Origin: Gemmatimonadales bacterium
GTDB lineage: Bacteria > Gemmatimonadota > Gemmatimonadetes > Gemmatimonadales > GWC2-71-9
Direction of reading: 5' to 3'
Length of the DNA stretch: 64,000 bases
Assembly: GCA_051955835.1 (NCBI GenBank)
Contig: JBQCGH010000024.1
Coordinates: 4,696-68,695 of the forward strand
This document shows, one piece after another, positions 1 through 8,601 of the stretch; position 1 is the stretch's first letter; each line of letters starts with the position of its first letter. The notes under the pieces were generated by a model, which was not told the origin of the DNA, ran no database searches, and saw nothing but the letters and a program-made list of their open reading frames with translations. The position numbers and the translations under genes are program-made.

Positions 1-231
1 GACGCCGTTGGCGCCGGGGCCGCCGATCGCGATGGTCGGGTTCATGTGGAAGAGGCGGTTTTCGAGATACCACGAGTCGCCGACCACGACCGCCCGGCGG
101 TAGGCATGGCCCACCCCACGGCGATCGATCTCGCCTTTCAGCACATACGCGAGCGGCCGGTCGCGCTCCTCGGCCGTGAGCGACGTTCCCGTCACCAGCA
201 CGACGGTTTCCTCGGTGTCCACCAGCTTCAT
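1..231 (-). CDS. hypothetical protein, N-terminal part only (continues past left edge)
   Basis: ATG at 229-231 (minus), 17 nt after the stop of the preceding gene, with a GAGGG SD-like run upstream. The frame is open to position 1: MKLVDTEETVVLVTGTSLTAEERDRPLAYVLKGEIDRRGVGHAYRRAVVVGDSWYLENRLFHMNPTIAIGGPGANGV. No family recognised. Confidence 0.45.
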   Translation of the reverse strand, partial: MKLVDTEETVVLVTGTSLTAEERDRPLAYVLKGEIDRRGVGHAYRRAVVVGDSWYLENRLFHMNPTIAIGGPGANGV

Positions 232-248
232 GTCCGGACTCGTTTCCC

Positions 249-1127
249 TCAGGGTGTGGCGGTATCGGCCGGCGGCGGCGCCGTCCGCTGGTTCTTCTCG
301 AACTCCCGTTCCTGCTCTTTCCGGACCCGCATCTCGCGGATCATCTCCTTGAACTCGTCCAGGTTCTCGGCGCGCTGGGCCGCGTACTGCAGATCGGCCC
401 GCATGTCCATGAGATGGTTGTACGCCTGATTCTGGTCGATGTTGCCGCCGCCGGAAATGGGCAGCAATGCGAGCACGGCCGCGGGAATCTTGAGCCCCGC
501 GATGTAGATGTTCTTCGAATCGATGCCGAACTTCTTCCCCGCGATGTCCTTGGTCCAGCTCGGCAGGGTCTGGCCTCGCGAGGCGGGCTCGGCGGCAATG
601 GAGTCGAGATAGGCCTGCACGATCGCGTTCACCGCGCTGTCCACCAGCTGCACGTGACCGGGCCGGAGCCGGCTCGCGAGCTCCTTGGGCGGGAGCGGCA
701 GCGGGCGGACCCACAGCCTTCCGTCCGCCAGGCCCGGGCCAATCAGCGCGACCGGCTCTCGCGGCGTGGGGGGCGGTGTCGACCCGGTATCCACCACGGG
801 CGGCGGCACCGGGCGCGGCTCGGGCACGACCGCCACCGGCTGCGGGCGCGGGCGCTCGCGCAGCACCGGACGGACCGCGCGCTGCCCCACGATACCAGTG
901 CCGCTCCGACCCTCGGGGCGCGCGGCATAGTACGGCATGCGTACCGCGGTCGGGCCCTGGGCCGGGGGCGTCAGCACGATGAGCTCGGAGGGGCGCCGAG
1001 GCAGCGTGGGGCGGCGGCCGCCGACCCAGCCGAAGAGGAAGAGGCTGTGCACGGCTACGCTGGCCGCGATCGCGATCCACGGCCAGCGCCGCGTGGGCGG
1101 CAACAGGATCTCAGGTGGCCGAGGCAA
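249..1127 (-). CDS. membrane-anchored proline-rich protein (TonB-like layout), function unknown
   Basis: 292-aa ORF with an N-terminal TM helix (WPWIAIAASVAVHSLFLFGWV) and a ~100-aa Pro-rich linker (PRPVPPPVVDTGSTPPPTP). It ends in a C-terminal domain with a charged helical tail (EFKEMIREMRVRKEQEREFEK). The TTG start at 1127 overlaps the upstream stop; an alternative TTG lies at 1103. Confidence 0.6.
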   Translation of the reverse strand: MPRPPEILLPPTRRWPWIAIAASVAVHSLFLFGWVGGRRPTLPRRPSELIVLTPPAQGPTAVRMPYYAARPEGRSGTGIVGQRAVRPVLRERPRPQPVAVVPEPRPVPPPVVDTGSTPPPTPREPVALIGPGLADGRLWVRPLPLPPKELASRLRPGHVQLVDSAVNAIVQAYLDSIAAEPASRGQTLPSWTKDIAGKKFGIDSKNIYIAGLKIPAAVLALLPISGGGNIDQNQAYNHLMDMRADLQYAAQRAENLDEFKEMIREMRVRKEQEREFEKNQRTAPPPADTATP

Positions 1128-2307
1128 GCTCCCCTCGACGGGTGGCGTCGAGCGTGCGGCCCAGCCGGCCGGCGGCAGCCCGGAGGCGGTCGGGGCTGAC
1201 GGTCAGTGCGATGCGGAAGAAGCCCTCGCCCGCCGGACCGAACCCGCTGCCCGGCAACACCACGACGCCGGTATCCTCCAGGGCGCGCCGCGCGAATGCG
1301 GCCGACGCTACCCCGTCCGGCAGCGCGATCCACAGATACATGGCGGCCTTGGGGGCGTCCAGCGTGAAGCCCGACTCGCGCAGCGCCGTCACGGCCGCGT
1401 CCCGGCGCCGCTCGAGCTCCGCCCGGATGGGCTCGACCAGCGCCTCCGCCTGGTCCAGTGCTGCGGCGCCGGCCTTCTGCACCGCCAGGAAGGGCCCCGT
1501 GTCCGTGTACGATTTGACCCGGGTCAGCGCCCCGACCAGCTCCGGCCGTCCGACCGCGAAACCGATCCGCCATCCGGTCATCGAAAAGCTCTTCGACAGG
1601 GAGAAGAACTCGAGCGCGACGTCTCGCGCTCCCGGTATCTCGAAGATGCTTGGCGCCCGATAACCGTCGAAGGTGAGGTCGCAGTACGCATTGTCGTAGG
1701 CCAGCAGGATCCCGTGGCGACGGCAGACCGCCACCGTGCGCTCCAGGTACTCCATGGTGGCCACCGCGGCCGTCGGGTTGTTCGGATAGTTCACGAACAC
1801 CAGCCTGGCGCGCTGGAGCACCGCCGCGGGCACCTGCTCCAGGTCGAGCAGGAAGTTGTTCTCGGGCCGGAGTGGCGCGATGTACGGCTCGGCCCCTGCC
1901 AGGATGGAGCCCCCGATGTACGCCTGATATCCCGGCTCTGGGACGATGGTGGCGTCGCCCGGGTTGACGACCGCGAACGGCAGGTGCGAGAGCCCTTCCT
2001 TCGAGCCGATCAGCGGTAGCGTTTCGGTCACCGGATCGAACCGGTGGCCGAACCGTCGCTCGACCCACCGCGCGGCGGCTTCCCGGAACGCCGGGAGCCC
2101 CTGCTGGAAGCCGTACTTGCTATACGCGGGGTCGTGCAGCGCGGCCGACATGCTGTCCACCGCGACCTCGGGCGGCGGGGTGTCGTTGTCGCCGGCCCCG
2201 AGGTCGATCACGTCTACGCCGGCCTGCATGAGCCGGCGCTTGAGCGTGGGGATTTCGGCGAGCGGGTACCCGGGAAGGGCCTGCAGGCGCTGGCTGAACT
2301 GGATCAT
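1111..2307 (-). CDS. class I/II PLP-dependent aminotransferase, LL-diaminopimelate aminotransferase-like
   Basis: 398 aa. N-terminus YPLAEI...VDVIDLGAGDNDTPPP, NYPNNPT, and PLP-lysine motif SLSKSFSMTGWRIG. ATGA overlap with the upstream FAH gene (2304-2307). Confidence 0.85.
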   Translation of the reverse strand: MIQFSQRLQALPGYPLAEIPTLKRRLMQAGVDVIDLGAGDNDTPPPEVAVDSMSAALHDPAYSKYGFQQGLPAFREAAARWVERRFGHRFDPVTETLPLIGSKEGLSHLPFAVVNPGDATIVPEPGYQAYIGGSILAGAEPYIAPLRPENNFLLDLEQVPAAVLQRARLVFVNYPNNPTAAVATMEYLERTVAVCRRHGILLAYDNAYCDLTFDGYRAPSIFEIPGARDVALEFFSLSKSFSMTGWRIGFAVGRPELVGALTRVKSYTDTGPFLAVQKAGAAALDQAEALVEPIRAELERRRDAAVTALRESGFTLDAPKAAMYLWIALPDGVASAAFARRALEDTGVVVLPGSGFGPAGEGFFRIALTVSPDRLRAAAGRLGRTLDATRRGELASAT

Positions 2308-2930
2308 CGGCGTGCACCGTTGCGCACGGGGTTGGACAGGATGCCGACGCCGGGGATTTCGACCTCCACGACGTCGCCATCGCGAAGCGGGCCGACCCCG
2401 GCCGGTGTGCCGGTGGCGATCAGATCGCCCGGCTCGAGCGTCATGATCCCGCTGATGTAGGACACCAGGAACGGGATCTGGAACTGCATGTCGGTCGCCG
2501 GCGCGCGCTGCTTCTCGTCACCGTTGACCCGGCCGATGACCTCGAGCCCGCGCCAGTCGAGCCCGCGGGCGATGTCGGGACCGGCGGGGCAGAACGTGTC
2601 GAAGCCCTTGGCGCGGCCCCACTGCCCGTCCGTCTTCTGCAGGTCGCGGGCGGTCACGTCGTTGAGACAGACGAAGCCGCCGATCCCCGCCTCGGCTTGG
2701 GATTCGCTGGCACCGGCCAGCCGCTGCCTGACCACGACACCGATCTCCGCCTCGTACTCGACCTGCTTCGACGCCGCCGGAAGGACGATCGCGTCGCCCG
2801 GCCCAACGAGCGCGCTTGGCGGCTTGAGAAACAGCAGCGGGAGCGGCGGCACGTCGTTGCCCAGCTCGCGCGCGTGCGCGCGGTAATTCCGGCCCACGCA
2901 CACGATCTTGGACGGCCGCAGCGGAATCAC
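2304..2930 (-). CDS. fumarylacetoacetate hydrolase (FAH) family protein
   Basis: Motifs KIVCVGRNYRAHARE, LFLKPPSA, EYEAEIGVVV, NDVTARDLQ, WGRAKGFDTFCPAGP. The track ORF extends to 2972. An in-frame GTG at 2928-2930 forms a GTGA overlap with the dinG stop, so it is the preferred start. Confidence 0.85.
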   Translation of the reverse strand: MIPLRPSKIVCVGRNYRAHARELGNDVPPLPLLFLKPPSALVGPGDAIVLPAASKQVEYEAEIGVVVRQRLAGASESQAEAGIGGFVCLNDVTARDLQKTDGQWGRAKGFDTFCPAGPDIARGLDWRGLEVIGRVNGDEKQRAPATDMQFQIPFLVSYISGIMTLEPGDLIATGTPAGVGPLRDGDVVEVEIPGVGILSNPVRNGARR

Positions 2931-5440
2931 GCCATCGCTCCGATCCCGTGCCGCGCGAAGAAGTCCTCGCACTTCGTGCGAACCTGCGCCCAGCTGCCGA
3001 TGATCCGCTCCGCCCGAGGCAGCCCGCCGAGCAGCAGCGGCCCGTAGCGCTTGGTGACGACCCGGCTGTCCAGCAGGACCACCACGCCCATGTCCTGCCG
3101 GCTCCGAATCAACCGTCCGAACCCCTGCTTCAGCTTGAGCGCCGCGTGTGGCAGCAGGTAGTTCATGAAGCCGTCCATACCCTCGTCCGCCAGCCGTTCC
3201 AGGCGCGCGGCCGTGAGCGGCTCACTCGGAACCTTAAAAGGTAGCTTGTTGAGAATCAGCGTGCGGAGCGCGCGCCCGGGCACGTCGACCCCTTCCCAGA
3301 AGGAGTCGGTGCCCAGGAGGATGGCGTTCTCCGCGGCGCGAAAGCGCCGCAGCAGCACGTCACGCGGCGCCTCGCCCTGAACCAGGATCGGCCATCGAGC
3401 CCCCAGCACCGCCCGCACTTCGTGCGCCGCCTTGCGCAGCGACGCGTGGCTGGTAAACAGGACGAACATCCCGCCATCGGATGCATAGGCGAGGTCGGTG
3501 ACCACCTGGACGACTGCCGTGGCGTGTGCGTGCTCGTCCTCGCGGGGCTCGGGCAGGTCGTTGGGAATGCCGAAGACGCATTGGGAGGGATAGTCAAACG
3601 GCGACGGGAATGCCTCGCGAACCGTCACCGGCGTGTCGTCACCGCTGAGTCCCAGGCGACTCTCGAGGAAGGCGAAGTCCCCGCCGGCCGCCAAGGTGGC
3701 GCTGGTCAGCACCACGGTGTCGAGCCGGTCGAACAGCAGCGCCCGGAGCACCGGCGCCAGGTCCAGCGGCACCGCGGACAGGTTGACCTGCGGTCCGCGC
3801 GACGTCCGCTCCATCCAGCGTACGGTTGGGGAGCCGCCGCCGGCCGGGCGGAGCGTCCGATTGAGCCCGTCCGACATCGCGTCGAGCCGCCGCATCACCG
3901 CGCGCAGCTCCTGCAGGATGGACGCGCTCCGCTCGGTCTCGTCGGACTCGGCGAGTCGGTCCGCGATCGTCTCCACGGTTTCGCGCAGCGCCCGGAACGC
4001 CAACAGTGTGGCGTCCAGCTCCAGCGCCAGCCCCTGGTCCCAGATGTCGTCAGTGGCGAACTCATCGTCCAGCCGGAGCTGGCCCGCTGTCGCGACCTCG
4101 AGCCGCTCGAGCAGGCGCAGGAACATCGCCTCGCTGGCCCGGCGCGCATCGGCGAGTGCGGGCAGCAGTCGTTCGCGGAGCAGGTCGAGGCTCGCGCGAC
4201 TGAGCATGTCGCTCCGGCCCATCAGCTCATGGGCCAGTGTGGGCGCCAATCCCCGTCCGTTTCGCTCGAAGCGCGACAGCAGTCGCCGCACTGTCCGGCT
4301 CGAGACCTGGACGCCAAGGTGCGAGGCGGCGACATCCTCGAGATGGTGTGCCTCGTCGAGCACCAGCCGGCGATACGGCGGGAGGACCGCGGCCTCTTCC
4401 CAGTTGTCCTGTGCCTGCCGCACGCTCAGGTCCGCCGCCAGCAGGTGGTGGTTCACCACGACGACATCGGCTTCGGCGGCGCGGCGGCGCGCGCGGAACA
4501 GGAAACACTTGTCGAAGTGCGTGCACTTGAGCCGCGTGCACAGATCGGCCTCGGCGCTCACCTCGTCCCACACCTCGCCCGAGGGCGTGACCGGCAGGTC
4601 GCTCAGCGTGCCGTCGGACGTGTGTCCCGCCCACTCGGCGATGCCGAGCAGCTCGTCGAGCTTGTCCTGCTCGAGCAGCGTCCGCTGCGAGGCGACCGCC
4701 TGGTTGAGCCGGGAGAGGCAGAGATAGTTGCGCCATCCCTTGAGGAGGGCGAAGGTGGGAGTGTACTCGTCGTCGCCCAGGGCACGACGCAGCAGGGGCA
4801 GGTCCTTGCCGACGAGCTGCTCCTGGAGATTGATCGTATTCGTGCTCACGATCGTCCGCTCGCCGTTGACGCGCGCCCATTGCAGGGCGGGCACCAGGTA
4901 GGCGAACGACTTCCCCACTCCGGTACCCGCCTCGAGCAGCTGCACGCCGCCGTCGTTGTAGCCGTCGGCGATGTAGGCGGCCATGTCGCGCTGGCACCGC
5001 CGGTCCTCGTACTGACCCAGCTCCGCGGCGACGGGACCGCCCTCACCCAGCCTGTCCACCACCTCGAAGGGGTCGATCCGGAGCACCGCACGATCGTGCG
5101 GCACTTCGACCACGACGTAGATCGCGGTGGCTGCATTGTCGATGATGCCGAACCCGACGCCGCCGTCGTGCAGCCGGGCCGCGACATTGAGGTCGGCCCC
5201 GGACGGTTCGAGCCGGCCGCTGGGATGGTTGTGGAGCAGCATTTCCCCGCGGCACGCCACGCCGGGAAGCGCCAAGACCATGTCCACCGTTCCGCGCGCC
5301 ACGGGCCGGGCGGCCGTGACGACGCCGTCACGGTCCACGGCCGCCACGAACGACACCTCGCGGCCGCCGGCGTCGGCGATCTCCGCCGCCAGCGCGGCGC
5401 GCACGCCGGGGGCGATGCGCTCGGAGGAGTTGAGGTTCAC
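2927..5440 (-). CDS. dinG: ATP-dependent DinG/XPD-family Fe-S helicase with N-terminal RadC-like JAB (JAMM) domain
   Basis: 837 aa, GTG start. JAMM motif E28...H70-N-H72-x7-S80-xx-D83 (LLHNHPSGRLEPSGAD). Walker A EAGTGVGKS and DEAH box LVLDEAHH. Cys pattern YLC-x59-C-x4-C-x5-C matches the DinG 4Fe-4S spacing. C-terminal helicase motifs LFTSH and GTDSFWEGVD. Confidence 0.85.
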   Translation of the reverse strand: MNLNSSERIAPGVRAALAAEIADAGGREVSFVAAVDRDGVVTAARPVARGTVDMVLALPGVACRGEMLLHNHPSGRLEPSGADLNVAARLHDGGVGFGIIDNAATAIYVVVEVPHDRAVLRIDPFEVVDRLGEGGPVAAELGQYEDRRCQRDMAAYIADGYNDGGVQLLEAGTGVGKSFAYLVPALQWARVNGERTIVSTNTINLQEQLVGKDLPLLRRALGDDEYTPTFALLKGWRNYLCLSRLNQAVASQRTLLEQDKLDELLGIAEWAGHTSDGTLSDLPVTPSGEVWDEVSAEADLCTRLKCTHFDKCFLFRARRRAAEADVVVVNHHLLAADLSVRQAQDNWEEAAVLPPYRRLVLDEAHHLEDVAASHLGVQVSSRTVRRLLSRFERNGRGLAPTLAHELMGRSDMLSRASLDLLRERLLPALADARRASEAMFLRLLERLEVATAGQLRLDDEFATDDIWDQGLALELDATLLAFRALRETVETIADRLAESDETERSASILQELRAVMRRLDAMSDGLNRTLRPAGGGSPTVRWMERTSRGPQVNLSAVPLDLAPVLRALLFDRLDTVVLTSATLAAGGDFAFLESRLGLSGDDTPVTVREAFPSPFDYPSQCVFGIPNDLPEPREDEHAHATAVVQVVTDLAYASDGGMFVLFTSHASLRKAAHEVRAVLGARWPILVQGEAPRDVLLRRFRAAENAILLGTDSFWEGVDVPGRALRTLILNKLPFKVPSEPLTAARLERLADEGMDGFMNYLLPHAALKLKQGFGRLIRSRQDMGVVVLLDSRVVTKRYGPLLLGGLPRAERIIGSWAQVRTKCEDFFARHGIGAMA

Positions 5441-5499
5441 GGGTCCTTGGACTAGGCGTTTCGGAACGGTGGCCAGGGAATCACCCGGAGCGACGCGAA

Positions 5500-5525
5500 G
5501 GGGGCATGACCTGAATCATGCCCCC
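5500..5525 (-). terminator. GC-rich hairpin terminator candidate at the end of the five-gene operon
   Basis: Perfect 10-bp stem GGGGGCATGA / TCATGCCCCC with a 6-nt loop, 42 nt downstream of the stop at 5567 and upstream of the dinG start. No clear U-tract. Confidence 0.5.
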
Positions 5526-5566
5526 TCACCACGCTCGGGGTGACTCGTGCTCAAATCTAATCTGAT

Positions 5567-6865
5567 CTACGTCTTCAGTTCCTTCTTCTTCGCCGCCGGG
5601 AACAGCACGTTGTTGAGAATCAGCCGATAGCCCGGCGAGTGCGGGTGTAGCGAGAGGTCGGTGGGCACATCGCCGATCTGGTGCTGGGGGTCCTCGGGAT
5701 CGTGTCCGCCGAAGAAGGTCCAAGTGCCCTGCCCATGCTCGCCGTGGATGTACTTGACCCAGGGCGCGCCCGGCTCGTCGGCCAGCACCGTCACGCTCGA
5801 CTTGAGGCGCTTCCGCATGAACGAGGTAGTGAGCCCGTAAAAGTCGGGGATCACCTGGCGGTGATTCTGGACCAGCATGGTCGCCACGGGATCGATCTTG
5901 GCGCTGAAATTGAAGAGCGTGAACGAGCCCAGGGGCTGTCGTCGATCGGGTGAGTTGACCTGGTGACCGTCGATGTCCGAATACACCGGGATCGTCGGGT
6001 TGAGTTCGAGCTCCGCACCCTGGAACGCGAGCGCCTCGTCCCACCGCATGCGCTTCGAGGCGTCGAGGTCCATTGGCGTGCCGTCCGCGTAGGCCGCCGC
6101 GATGTCGACGCCGTCGGCCGCGAGCGCCAGGTCCAGCGTCTCGGTGGCTGTGCACATCGCGAACAAAAACCCGCCCTGCTGGACGTAGTCCGCGATCGCG
6201 ACGGCCACCGCCCGCTTTTCCGCCGGCACCGTCGGGAACCGAAGTTGGCGCGCCATGGCCCGGTTCCGGTCCACCATGTCGACCAGCCAGGGCGATCCGG
6301 CATAATTGAGAAAGAACTTTGAATACTGTCCGGTGAAATCCTCGTGATGCAGGTGCAGCCAGTCGTACGTCCTGAGCTTGGCGCCCAGCACGTCGGGATC
6401 CCAGATCTTCTCGAATTTGATGCCCGCATAGTTGAGCGCCATCGTCACCGCGTCGTCCCAGGGCGGCGCGTTGGGCGGTGCGTACACCGCCACCTTCGGC
6501 ACCTTCTCCAGTGGCACGGCGTCCATGTTCCCGCCCTGGATCTCGCCCCGGATCGGAACCACCCCCGCCTCGTCGAGCGGCTCGGTTGCGACGCCGCTGA
6601 GCGCCGCGTCGCGTACGGTCGCGTCGTCACCGGGCAGCAGGAAGGAGCCCGACCGATAGTTGAGGAACCACTCGCCCCGGCCGCCGCGCTGAAGCAGGCG
6701 GAATGCGACGCCGTAGGCCTTGAGGTGATCGGTCTGCGCATCATCCATCGGGATGAGCAGCCACGGCGCGCCGGTCGGCGGCTTCACTCGGGACAGGGTC
6801 GACCAGAGCGGAGAGAGGGCCAGCAGCCCGGCCGAGCCCCGGGTGAGAAATTCACGTCGCTTCAT
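5567..6865 (-). CDS. Tat-signal exported protein of unknown function (possibly class-I glutamine-amidotransferase-like fold)
   Basis: 432 aa from the internal ATG at 6863-6865, which forms an ATGA overlap with the TPR gene stop. Twin-arginine signal MKRREFLTRGSAGLLALSP. Conserved-looking blocks HLHHEDFTGQYSKF and GGFLFAMCTATE. The ORF-track extension to 7381 is R/G/P-rich and rejected. Confidence 0.75.
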   Translation of the reverse strand: MKRREFLTRGSAGLLALSPLWSTLSRVKPPTGAPWLLIPMDDAQTDHLKAYGVAFRLLQRGGRGEWFLNYRSGSFLLPGDDATVRDAALSGVATEPLDEAGVVPIRGEIQGGNMDAVPLEKVPKVAVYAPPNAPPWDDAVTMALNYAGIKFEKIWDPDVLGAKLRTYDWLHLHHEDFTGQYSKFFLNYAGSPWLVDMVDRNRAMARQLRFPTVPAEKRAVAVAIADYVQQGGFLFAMCTATETLDLALAADGVDIAAAYADGTPMDLDASKRMRWDEALAFQGAELELNPTIPVYSDIDGHQVNSPDRRQPLGSFTLFNFSAKIDPVATMLVQNHRQVIPDFYGLTTSFMRKRLKSSVTVLADEPGAPWVKYIHGEHGQGTWTFFGGHDPEDPQHQIGDVPTDLSLHPHSPGYRLILNNVLFPAAKKKELKT

Positions 6866-8601
6866 GTCTGCGGCACCGCGCTCCGCGCTTCGTCCAGGCG
6901 CCGGCGAGCCTGCGGCACGAGGGCGCTCGCGGGATACGTCAGGATGAGATGTTCGAGCCGCGTCACCGCCTCTGCGGGCTTGTGCTGATCGATCAGGAGC
7001 TCGGCCAGCGCCAGTTCCGCGGCCGGTGCCGTGCCCGGGGCCGCCGGGGACGCCGCCGCCTTGAACAGACGTTCGGCGTCGCCGACCTTGCCGCTGGCGG
7101 CGGCCAGTCGGCCGGCCAGGAGATCGACCTCGGCCCCGCCTTGCGCCGGCGGCAGCTGCTGGCCGACACGGTCCAGGCCGGAGACCGCGCGCGCCGTATC
7201 GCCGCGCGCGAGCGCGAGCAACGCGTCGCCAAGCGCAGGCAGGCTGTCGGCCTCGATCGGCTGGAGCAGCGCGAGCAGCGCCGTCCGCTCCGTCGCCTCC
7301 TCGCGGTCGCCCGCGAAGGGCCCCGCCTGCTTGAACCGCTCGACTGCGCCGGCGAGGTCGCCGCGATACAGATGAATCCACCCCGCGAGGGCGAGCCCAT
7401 CCACCGTGCTGTCGGCGCCGAGCACCGAATCGGCGCGCTCGAGCTTGCCGGCCGCGATATAGCCGCGGACGAGACGCCGCTCGAGCCCGGCGTAGTCGTC
7501 GGTGCCCATGTCCTTTCGATGCGCGGCCAACCTCATGGCGGCCTCGTCCAGCTTCCCTTCCCCGATGAGCACCTGCACCAGCGTGGCGGATGCACCGGCG
7601 GCGATCGGGGCAGGCGCGCCCCTGTCGTCCGCGATGCCAGCCAGCATTCGGCGCGCGTCGTCGCGCTGGCCGGCCGCGCTGTAGGCGCGGGCCGCCTCCA
7701 ACCGCAGGCGAGCCCGCTCGGCATCGGTGCTGCGGTCGGCGAGCAGCTCGAGCACCTTGCCCTGCGCTTGGCGGGCCTCGGGGCCGGGGACCGCCCGCAG
7801 TTGATCGCCCAGGCCCTGCAGCGCTTCGGTGGCCAGCCGCGGGTCGTCCGGCAATTGGTGCTCGAGAGTGGCGAGCGCGCCCAGCGGATCACCCCATCGG
7901 GCGCGAAGCTCCGCCTCCAGTCGGCGCGCGAGCGGGTCGTGCACGTCCCGGAGCTGGTCGAGCAGGACCGGCCGGAGGGAATCGGGCGCTTGCCCCAGCG
8001 TGGCGACCGCAGAGACGCGGTAGCCCGGCGCGCGGCGGATGGCGGGAATCCACTCGCGGAGCGCGCCGGCATAATCGCCCCCCGCGAGGTCGAGCTGCGC
8101 CACCTCGGCGGCGAGCGCCTCCGGCCGATGCAGGCGCTTGCGGGCGCGCAGATAGGCGGTCATCGCGCCGGCACGGTCCCGCTGGCCCAGGGCCGCCGCA
8201 CCCCACTCGCGGTACGGCGTCTCGTCGCCGGGCGCGACCGACGCCCACCGTTCCGCCACCGCACGCATGCTGTCGGGCTCGTCGGCGGCCGCATAGGCGC
8301 GGAGCGCGACTCCGTACACGGCTGCACTGGTCGGCGAGGGTGTCAACGCGGCCAGCGCGGTGCGCACCTGCGGGAGGATATCGGTGCTTCGATCGAGCGG
8401 CAGCAGCGCCCGCTCCAGGCCGAGCAGCGCCGGGGCGGAAGCCGGCGTCCGGGCGAGCACCCGGCGGTAGGCATCAACGGCCGCGGCATAGTTGCCCCGC
8501 CGCTCCAGCTCGAACGCGCGCGACATGGTCGTGTCCTGCGCCGCCAGCGCCATGGGAGCGAGCCCGAGGAGCAGCAGGAGCGGGCCCACCGCGCGTCTCA
8601 T
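6862..8601 (-). CDS. secreted tetratricopeptide-repeat (TPR) protein
   Basis: 579 aa with signal peptide MRRAVGPLLLLLGLAPMALAAQD. The rest is Ala/Leu/Arg-rich helical repeats with TPR-like periodicity (GNYAAAVDAYRRVLARTP...). ATGA overlaps at both ends. Confidence 0.8.
   Translation of the reverse strand: MRRAVGPLLLLLGLAPMALAAQDTTMSRAFELERRGNYAAAVDAYRRVLARTPASAPALLGLERALLPLDRSTDILPQVRTALAALTPSPTSAAVYGVALRAYAAADEPDSMRAVAERWASVAPGDETPYREWGAAALGQRDRAGAMTAYLRARKRLHRPEALAAEVAQLDLAGGDYAGALREWIPAIRRAPGYRVSAVATLGQAPDSLRPVLLDQLRDVHDPLARRLEAELRARWGDPLGALATLEHQLPDDPRLATEALQGLGDQLRAVPGPEARQAQGKVLELLADRSTDAERARLRLEAARAYSAAGQRDDARRMLAGIADDRGAPAPIAAGASATLVQVLIGEGKLDEAAMRLAAHRKDMGTDDYAGLERRLVRGYIAAGKLERADSVLGADSTVDGLALAGWIHLYRGDLAGAVERFKQAGPFAGDREEATERTALLALLQPIEADSLPALGDALLALARGDTARAVSGLDRVGQQLPPAQGGAEVDLLAGRLAAASGKVGDAERLFKAAASPAAPGTAPAAELALAELLIDQHKPAEAVTRLEHLILTYPASALVPQARRRLDEARSAVPQT

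Noticed and set aside
3422-5455. 677-aa plus-strand ORF.
   Set aside because: It is antisense to dinG, whose frame carries Walker A, DEAH and Fe-S Cys motifs. The plus-frame product is low-complexity, R/G/V/H-rich.
6866-7381. N-terminal extensions of track ORFs. Examples: 5567-7381, 11870-12907, 13468-14262, 48265-50163, 49964-51163, 55160-57034, 16781-18382, 17437-19245, 44227-45690, 60745-62205.
   Set aside because: The extensions overlap the upstream gene in another frame and are R/G/P-rich. They precede an internal start that has an SD or a 4-nt overlap and gives the canonical family N-terminus or signal peptide.
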